The notes below the pieces were generated by a model, which was given only the letters and a program-made list of their open reading frames with translations, searched no databases and was not told where the DNA came from. This document shows positions 58,114 to 64,000 of a stretch of 64,000 nt of DNA, piece after piece. The position numbers were made by a program, and so were the translations under genes. Source of the stretch: an uncultured Spirochaetia bacterium (GTDB lineage Bacteria > Desulfobacterota_D > UBA1144 > Nemesobacterales > UBA2774); NCBI GenBank assembly GCA_964586675.1, contig CAZPHQ010000009.1, positions 16,216-80,215 of the forward strand. The letters are read 5' to 3'. How positions within the stretch are numbered: position 1 is the stretch's first letter; every line of letters begins with the position of its first letter.

Positions 58114-58602
58114 ATGGCCGATATAACCGTAAGGGTGGCAGCGCACGGAGACGCCGTGCGGATGGCGGAAATCCTGAGAGAGATAGGGTGGTCCGCCAGG
58201 CGGAACGCCCTTCAGATCGAGGAAGTTTCGAACCCCATTGAAGAGCTCATAGAACACTGCATAAACAACAGCCATGGACATTCGATGCTCGTCGCAGTGG
58301 ACGAGAATGACACGGTCGTCGGCTTTACATGCGTACACTGGGTTCCGTTCGTCATGCTCGGCAGCTGGGAAGGATATGTATCGGACATGTTCGTAAGCCC
58401 CGAGGCGAGCGGCATGGGTGTTGGAACGACTCTCATAGAGCGCGTCATGGAGGAGGGCAGGGAGCGTGGCTGCATGAGGCTCATGGTGACGAACGGAAAG
58501 GAGAAGGCGTCTTACAAGCTCGGGTTTTACAAGAAGCTCGGCTGGACGGAGAGACCATTGGTCGCGAATTTCGTATACTATTATAAAGAGCCCTGGTCGT
58601 AG
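58114..58602 (+). CDS. GNAT-family N-acetyltransferase
   Basis: 162 aa. Acetyl-CoA binding ...V.PE..G.G.G..L.. motif. Confidence 0.85.
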   Translation: MADITVRVAAHGDAVRMAEILREIGWSARRNALQIEEVSNPIEELIEHCINNSHGHSMLVAVDENDTVVGFTCVHWVPFVMLGSWEGYVSDMFVSPEASGMGVGTTLIERVMEEGRERGCMRLMVTNGKEKASYKLGFYKKLGWTERPLVANFVYYYKEPWS

Positions 58603-58669
58603 CGCCCGGGCGGAGTTTTGGGGCGCGGAGGCGGTGCCCCGGGAGACAGCTGCGGGACGGGAACAAAGC

Positions 58670-59170
58670 ATGAAATCCAAAACGCTGATAATCGTGAGGC
58701 ATGCGAAGTCGAGCTGGGAAGAGCCGGGGCTCGACGACAGGGAGCGACCGCTCAACGACAGGGGAAAGAAGGACGTCCCCCGCATGGGAAAGCATCTCTC
58801 GGACAGCGGCGTCCGGCCCGGGCTGATAACGTCGAGCCCGGCGGTGAGGGCGAGGAAGACAGCCGAGGGCATTGCGAAGGAGCTCGGCTTTAAGAAATCG
58901 GACGTCAGGATAGACGAGCGGCTCTACACCTTCGACGAGGACGCGCTGCTGAGGGTCATCTGGGGATTCGACGACGGGCTCGACGAGATTATGGTCGTCG
59001 GGCACAACCCGGCGGTCACGGCCCTTTTGAACCGCCTGACGAGGGCGGGGATAGATAACGTGCCCACGTGCGGGGCGGCCGTGATCGAGATACGCTCCGA
59101 GAGCTGGGCCGGCGCCGACGACGGCGCGGGGCGCCTCGTGTCTTTCGATTATCCGAAAAACATCTCCTGA
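58670..59170 (+). CDS. histidine-phosphatase family protein (SixA-like)
   Basis: LIIVRHAKS catalytic RHG-type motif at the N-terminus. Confidence 0.8.
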   Translation: MKSKTLIIVRHAKSSWEEPGLDDRERPLNDRGKKDVPRMGKHLSDSGVRPGLITSSPAVRARKTAEGIAKELGFKKSDVRIDERLYTFDEDALLRVIWGFDDGLDEIMVVGHNPAVTALLNRLTRAGIDNVPTCGAAVIEIRSESWAGADDGAGRLVSFDYPKNIS

Positions 59171-59215
59171 ATTACCCTTGATATTTCATTCCGCATCCGG
59201 TTTAATGCCTCCCAC

Positions 59216-59698
59216 ATGGAGATATCGACACCTGACCTCTGTGACAAGTACCTTGACCTCGTCCGGATCGCCGAGCCCGTATTCAGGAGCTACGGCGGAC
59301 GCGGCGCGTTTTCCGGCAGCATCGTGACAGTCAGATGCTTCGAGGACAATTCGTTCGTTAAGGAGCTCGCGGGGAAGGACGGCTCGGGGAAGGTGCTCGT
59401 CGTCGACGGCGGCGGCTCACTCAGGAAGGCGCTTCTTGGCGACCTCATAGCCGCGAGCGCGGCAGAGAACGGCTGGGCAGGGATCGTCATTTACGGGGCC
59501 GTTAGGGACGTGGAAGAGATAGGACGCACCGACCTCGGAGTCCTGGCTCTCGCATCCATACCGCTCAAGACAGAAAGAAAAGGAGCGGGCGAGACAGACA
59601 TACCTGTCACGTTCGCAGGAGTGACGTTTAACCCGGGCGAGTATCTTTACGCCGACGCGACCGGGCTCATCGTGTCTACCGAATCGCTTCAGCCTTGA
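59216..59698 (+). CDS. RraA-family protein (RNase E regulator / 4-hydroxy-4-methyl-2-oxoglutarate aldolase fold)
   Basis: 160 aa. ...G.VLVVDGGG....A..GD.IA..A...G..G.VI.G..RD... pattern. Confidence 0.85.
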   Translation: MEISTPDLCDKYLDLVRIAEPVFRSYGGRGAFSGSIVTVRCFEDNSFVKELAGKDGSGKVLVVDGGGSLRKALLGDLIAASAAENGWAGIVIYGAVRDVEEIGRTDLGVLALASIPLKTERKGAGETDIPVTFAGVTFNPGEYLYADATGLIVSTESLQP

Positions 59699-59905
59699 AA
59701 CCCGTGCATTGGAATATGTAATGCCGAAAACTTCACCCGTTTCTTTCGCTTATGCGAAGCCGTTATCAACACACAATTTTCTTGATTAAAATCCGAAAAT
59801 ATTCTAGAATGGACATACCGGATAATACCTGTATTAGACATAGAAGGGCTGAAACACGGCTCCCCCTGGTGCGGCTCACCTGGGTTGAGACGATCGGAGG
59901 ATTTG

Positions 59906-61780
59906 ATGAAACTGCTTCTTATTAACCCGAGATTCCCTGAAAGCTTCTGGAGCTTCAAATGGGCAGTGGACAACATAATGCCCAGGGGAATAAGGACGAT
60001 CAATCCCCCGCTCGGCCTCGCCACGCTGGCCGCGCTCTGCCCGCCCGACTGGGAAATCGAAATAGTGGACGAGAATATAGAATCTATACCACTCAATCCC
60101 ACGGCCGACCTTATCGGCATATGCGGCATGGGAGTTCAGTTCAAGCGGCAGAGCGAGCTTTTAAGATTCTACAGGAGCAAGGGGCACTATGTTGTCGCGG
60201 GCGGGAGCTATGCTTCTCTCTGCCCGGAGTATTTCGAAACCCTTGCCGATACTATAGTCGCGGGCGAGGCGGAATATATATGGAAGGAGTTCTGCAGGGA
60301 TTTCGAGAACGGCGCTCCGAAGAAGCTCTACCAGGAAACGGAGGAGGTGTCGCTCGAGGATTCCCCGACTCCGCGCTTCGATCTCTTAAAGCTCGACAGG
60401 TACCAGGCGGTGAGCCTCCAGTTCTCGCGCGGCTGCCCGTACAGGTGCGAGTTCTGCGACATCATCGTCATGTTCGGCAGAAAGCCGAGGGTGAAATCTA
60501 TGGAGCAGGTCGGGCGAGAGCTCGATGAGCTCAGGCGTCTCGGCATCAGGAACGTATTCTTCGTAGACGACAACCTCATCGGCAACAAGCCCGTTGCGAA
60601 GAAGCTGATGGCTTATCTGAGGGACTATCAGAAGCAGCATAACTATACATTCCTCTTCGGAACGGAGGCTTCGCTCAACCTCGCGCAGGACGACGAGCTT
60701 TTAAAGCTCTTCGCAGAGGCCAATTTCGGATGGGTGTTCATAGGCATCGAATCGCCGGACGAAGGCAGCCTCAAGGAAACGCTCAAGTTCCAGAACACGC
60801 GCTGTGACATACTCACCTCTATCAGGCATATTTATTCCTACGGCATAGAGGTGCTCGCCGGCTTCATAATCGGGTTCGACAACGATACCGTGAGGACGTT
60901 CGACCTCCAGTACAATTTTATTCAAAATTCCGGCATACAGGCGGCGATGATAGGCCTCCTGACAGCCGTGCCGAAAACCCCCCTTTACGAGCGGCTCGAA
61001 AAGGACGGGAGGCTTATAAAGGAAGCGAGCGGGACGGACAACACCAAGCTCGGAACGAACCTCATCCCGAAGCAGATGTCTTACGACGAAATGGTCGAGG
61101 GGTACAGGCAGCTTTACTACAAGCTCCTCGACGACGGCACGATAGCCGACAGGATTTTAAACAAGACGCGCTATATGAAAAATCCCCTTTTCAGGAGCAC
61201 GTACGACATACCGGACCAGCTGAGGTCCCTCAGGGGATTCATATGGAGAGGCATTCTCCCCGGTGGGCCCGCGAGGATCTACCATTTCCTAAGGACCTTC
61301 CCCTTCACGCAGCCGAGCCTCGTCCCTCTCGTCATACAGGACTGGACGATAGGCATATCGATGCGGAACTACATCGACAGGCATTTCATAAGGGTGCAGG
61401 ATACGGAAGAAAGCGTCGCGAGAAATCACTTCGAATCGTTCGAAAAGTCGCTCGGGAAGTATCTCAGCAAGGGGATCGTCGAGGTGTCGTTCGACAAGTA
61501 TAAGAATGCGGCGGCCAATCTCCTGATCGCGATAAAGCGGAAGCCCGACGGCGACTTCTTCGAGAGCGTCGCGCCCCACATCGAAAACGTGCTCAAGAAT
61601 ACGCCTTCGTCCATAACGCTAAAGATCGAGGAGTTTCACGACGAGCATCAGCGCCACCTCCACAGGCTCTTCAACCGCCTCTCGCGCTACGGCGACAGGA
61701 TATACATCGCCGTCCACGAGAAGCTCCGCGACAAGGTGCATATCGACTCTTCGGTTTTCAACCTCGTGCTCGAGAGCTAG
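59906..61780 (+). CDS. B12-binding radical SAM protein with C-terminal DUF4070
   Basis: N-terminal B12-binding Rossmann-like segment. CPYRCEFC radical-SAM cluster motif. Long C-terminal DUF4070-like region. GGAGGA RBS. Confidence 0.9.
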   Translation: MKLLLINPRFPESFWSFKWAVDNIMPRGIRTINPPLGLATLAALCPPDWEIEIVDENIESIPLNPTADLIGICGMGVQFKRQSELLRFYRSKGHYVVAGGSYASLCPEYFETLADTIVAGEAEYIWKEFCRDFENGAPKKLYQETEEVSLEDSPTPRFDLLKLDRYQAVSLQFSRGCPYRCEFCDIIVMFGRKPRVKSMEQVGRELDELRRLGIRNVFFVDDNLIGNKPVAKKLMAYLRDYQKQHNYTFLFGTEASLNLAQDDELLKLFAEANFGWVFIGIESPDEGSLKETLKFQNTRCDILTSIRHIYSYGIEVLAGFIIGFDNDTVRTFDLQYNFIQNSGIQAAMIGLLTAVPKTPLYERLEKDGRLIKEASGTDNTKLGTNLIPKQMSYDEMVEGYRQLYYKLLDDGTIADRILNKTRYMKNPLFRSTYDIPDQLRSLRGFIWRGILPGGPARIYHFLRTFPFTQPSLVPLVIQDWTIGISMRNYIDRHFIRVQDTEESVARNHFESFEKSLGKYLSKGIVEVSFDKYKNAAANLLIAIKRKPDGDFFESVAPHIENVLKNTPSSITLKIEEFHDEHQRHLHRLFNRLSRYGDRIYIAVHEKLRDKVHIDSSVFNLVLES

Positions 61781-61863
61781 GCTCTGACGCTTTCTCGTCC
61801 GCCGTCTTTACACGGCCCCCGGTTCGAATATAATTCGAGTATTTCGAACAGAAGGAGCTCGGC

Positions 61864-62889
61864 ATGACTGTAAATACGGACCCCTCCGCCATACTTAAAA
61901 CCGCGTTAGGCTTCTGGGAGTCGAAGGTGCTCCTGACGGCCGTCGGGCTCGGGCTCTTCACGAAGCTCGGCGACCACGCGATGACCGGGAAAGAGATAGA
62001 AGAAGCCCTGTCCCTCCATCCGCGGGGGACGTGGGATTTTCTCGACGCCCTCGTATCGATGAATTTCCTCGAACGGCACGGCAACGGCCGCGATGCGCTT
62101 TACAGGAATACTGTTGACACGCAGCGGTTCCTCGACAAGAACAGCGAATTTTACATCGGCGGTGTGATCGAAATGCTCGACGCGCGGCTATTTAGATACT
62201 GGAACGATCTCGGAGAGGCCCTCAAGACCGGGAAGCCCCAGAACGAGACCAAGCACAGCGGCACGTCCATATTCGAAGAGCTCTACCGCGACGAAGCCGG
62301 GCTCGAGCAGTTCATGGGCGCGATGGCGGGACTTTCGCGGGGGAATTTCGAGGCGCTTGCGGAAAAGTTCGATTTTTCGAGGTACAAAAACCACTGCGAC
62401 GTGGGCGGGGCGACCGGGCTCTTGTCCTCACTGGTGGCGAAGAGGCATCCGCATCTGAAAAGCGTCTCGTTCGACCTGCCTGTGGTCGAGCCGATAGCCG
62501 GGCGTCACATAGAGCGCGCCGGGCTTTCGGGCCGCGTTTCGACTGCCTCGGGCGATTTCTTCAAGGATCCGCTCCCTAAGGCAGACGTTATAACGATGGG
62601 GATGATACTCCACGACTGGAACCTCGAAAACAAGAAGCACCTGATAAGGGCCGCCTACGACGCGCTGCCCGAAGGGGGCGCGCTGGTGGCCGTCGAGAAT
62701 ATAATCGACGACGAGCGGAGGAAAAACACATTCGGCCTCCTGATGTCGCTCAACATGCTCATAGAGTTCGGGGACGCGTTCGATTTCTCGGGGGCCGACT
62801 TCAGGGAATGGTGCGGCGAGGCCGGATTCAGGGAGTTCGAGGTGATACACCTGGCCGGGCCGTGCAGCGCCGCCGTGGCATATAAATGA
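61864..62889 (+). CDS. family-2 O-methyltransferase (class I SAM-dependent, CrtF/BchU-like)
   Basis: N-terminal dimerisation domain. SAM-binding CDVGGATGLL motif. Confidence 0.9.
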   Translation: MTVNTDPSAILKTALGFWESKVLLTAVGLGLFTKLGDHAMTGKEIEEALSLHPRGTWDFLDALVSMNFLERHGNGRDALYRNTVDTQRFLDKNSEFYIGGVIEMLDARLFRYWNDLGEALKTGKPQNETKHSGTSIFEELYRDEAGLEQFMGAMAGLSRGNFEALAEKFDFSRYKNHCDVGGATGLLSSLVAKRHPHLKSVSFDLPVVEPIAGRHIERAGLSGRVSTASGDFFKDPLPKADVITMGMILHDWNLENKKHLIRAAYDALPEGGALVAVENIIDDERRKNTFGLLMSLNMLIEFGDAFDFSGADFREWCGEAGFREFEVIHLAGPCSAAVAYK

Positions 62890-62972
62890 GCGCATTTTCG
62901 GCGAATCCGGGGAGATTTGAACCCGAAAGCCCGAGAATCTGGCGGTCCCGATAAAAAAATCGGCCTAAATAT

Positions 62973-63001
62973 TTGACAACATGGCATATTCGGGGATAAT
63001 T
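62973..63001 (+). promoter_or_regulatory. sigma70-like promoter for rplU-rpmA (TTGACA-17-GATAAT)
   Basis: Hexamers roughly 35 nt upstream of the GGGAGGAG RBS. Confidence 0.4.
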
Positions 63002-63035
63002 TTCTCTTCTATACAAGCGGGAGGAGTATATCATC

Positions 63036-63350
63036 ATGCAGGCAGTAATTAAGACGGGCGGAAAGCAGTACAGCGTATCGAAGGGCGACGTCATAACCAT
63101 CGACCATCTTTCCGGAAATCCGGGCGACGAAGTCGAGTTCAAGGACGTCCTTCTGGTTTCGGACGGGAACGGCGGTGTGAAGGTAGGCTCGCCCGTGCTC
63201 GACGGCGCGACTGTGAAGGCGAAGATAGTCGGCGACAAGAAGGGCAAGAAGCTCATCGTCTTCAAGTTCAGGAGAAGGAAGGATTTCAGAAAGAAGACGG
63301 GCCATCGCCAGACGTTCACCACAGTCGAGATAACCGACATAGTAAACTAG
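63036..63350 (+). CDS. rplU: 50S ribosomal protein L21
   Basis: [16 protein letters not shown]..... typical bL21. Confidence 0.95.
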   Translation: MQAVIKTGGKQYSVSKGDVITIDHLSGNPGDEVEFKDVLLVSDGNGGVKVGSPVLDGATVKAKIVGDKKGKKLIVFKFRRRKDFRKKTGHRQTFTTVEITDIVN

Positions 63351-63363
63351 AGAGGAACATAAA

Positions 63364-63624
63364 ATGTCAACAAAAAAAGGCGGCGGAAGCAGTAGAAACG
63401 GAAGAGACTCCAGAGGCAGGCGGCTCGGCCTGAAGAAGTTCGGCGGCGAGACGGTAAAGGCCGGCAACATACTCGTAAGGCAGCGCGGGACGAAATATCA
63501 CGCGGGGCTTAATGTGGGCCTCGGCCGCGATCATACGCTCTTCGCCCTTAAGGACGGCGTCGTAAAGTTCGACACGGGCAAGAACGACAGGACCCGCGTC
63601 AACATCGAAACCCCGGCCGAATAG
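63364..63624 (+). CDS. rpmA: 50S ribosomal protein L27
   Basis: ...KKGGGS.RNGRDS.G.RLG.K.FGG... typical bL27. Confidence 0.95.
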   Translation: MSTKKGGGSSRNGRDSRGRRLGLKKFGGETVKAGNILVRQRGTKYHAGLNVGLGRDHTLFALKDGVVKFDTGKNDRTRVNIETPAE

Positions 63625-64000
63625 CCGGCCGCTCGGAATGGGGAAGGCTTGAGGCCCTCCTTAACCGATGCCCTTCGCCGGGGTATGAGTTTGCCCAACC
63701 ATACCGGTACAACACTTGTGATCAAGCGGAGGTCGTTTAGTTGCGGCGACTGCGCTCAAGCCCATCGGTAAACCCCCGGGAATTTTGTTAAGGTCGCGTG
63801 AAAAACAGGCTTTACTAGTTAAATTTTAGCCAGTATTATGAATTAAGGCTTGCCGATTTTTTCATCGCCATGACCTGTGCATTTCGGCCTTGCGAAGTGC
63901 GTTACGCCAATCAACCGGAGAAACGAGGTATATGGAATTAAAGTCCAGGATCGGGAATTTCTATTCGGGAAATACTATCATTCTGGCGGTCATACTAATC

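Overview
The window is a GC-rich bacterial chromosomal segment. It is mostly housekeeping genes on both strands: exbB/exbD, proS, pyrF, clpB, a nitroreductase, an acyl-CoA dehydrogenase, a dodecin, a sigma-70 factor, dtd, smpB with the tmRNA gene, rph-rdgB, pyrG, an RNase II-family enzyme, an FprA-type reductase, ptsP, a site-2 protease, citrate synthase, an M42 peptidase, nrdA-nrdB, an Lpd-family flavoprotein, and rplU-rpmA. I could support no rRNA, tRNA, CRISPR array, integrase or transposase.

The accessory content is what looks interesting:
- A mosaic family of short intergenic hairpin repeats at five or more loci. They share conserved GTCAT...ATC flanks and have covarying stems. One copy may intrude into the 5' end of an SQR-like gene.
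- A DUF4258-toxin / MqsA-like antitoxin pair beside a Tat-secreted protein that is bracketed by repeat clusters on both sides.
- Three dispersed secreted proteins that each end in an IPTL-CTERM sorting signal (IPTLSEWG, a transmembrane helix, then basic residues). No candidate sorting enzyme lies nearby.
- A candidate cobalamin riboswitch in the roughly 360-nt leader of the class Ia nrdAB operon.
- A stand-alone DAC-domain (diadenylate cyclase) gene tightly coupled to a calcineurin-like metallophosphoesterase.
- A B12-binding radical-SAM/DUF4070 gene followed by a family-2 O-methyltransferase.
- A possible small island at the tmRNA 3' end (GIY-YIG, ArsR-SRPBCC, aldo/keto reductase, DrrAB-like ABC exporter).
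- Two strongly promoted small coiled-coil (phasin-like) genes, one guarded by a perfect 26-bp palindrome.

Product calls rest on recognisable motifs in the translated ORFs and on established family knowledge. Coordinates of re-assigned starts come from the ORF track plus codon arithmetic.
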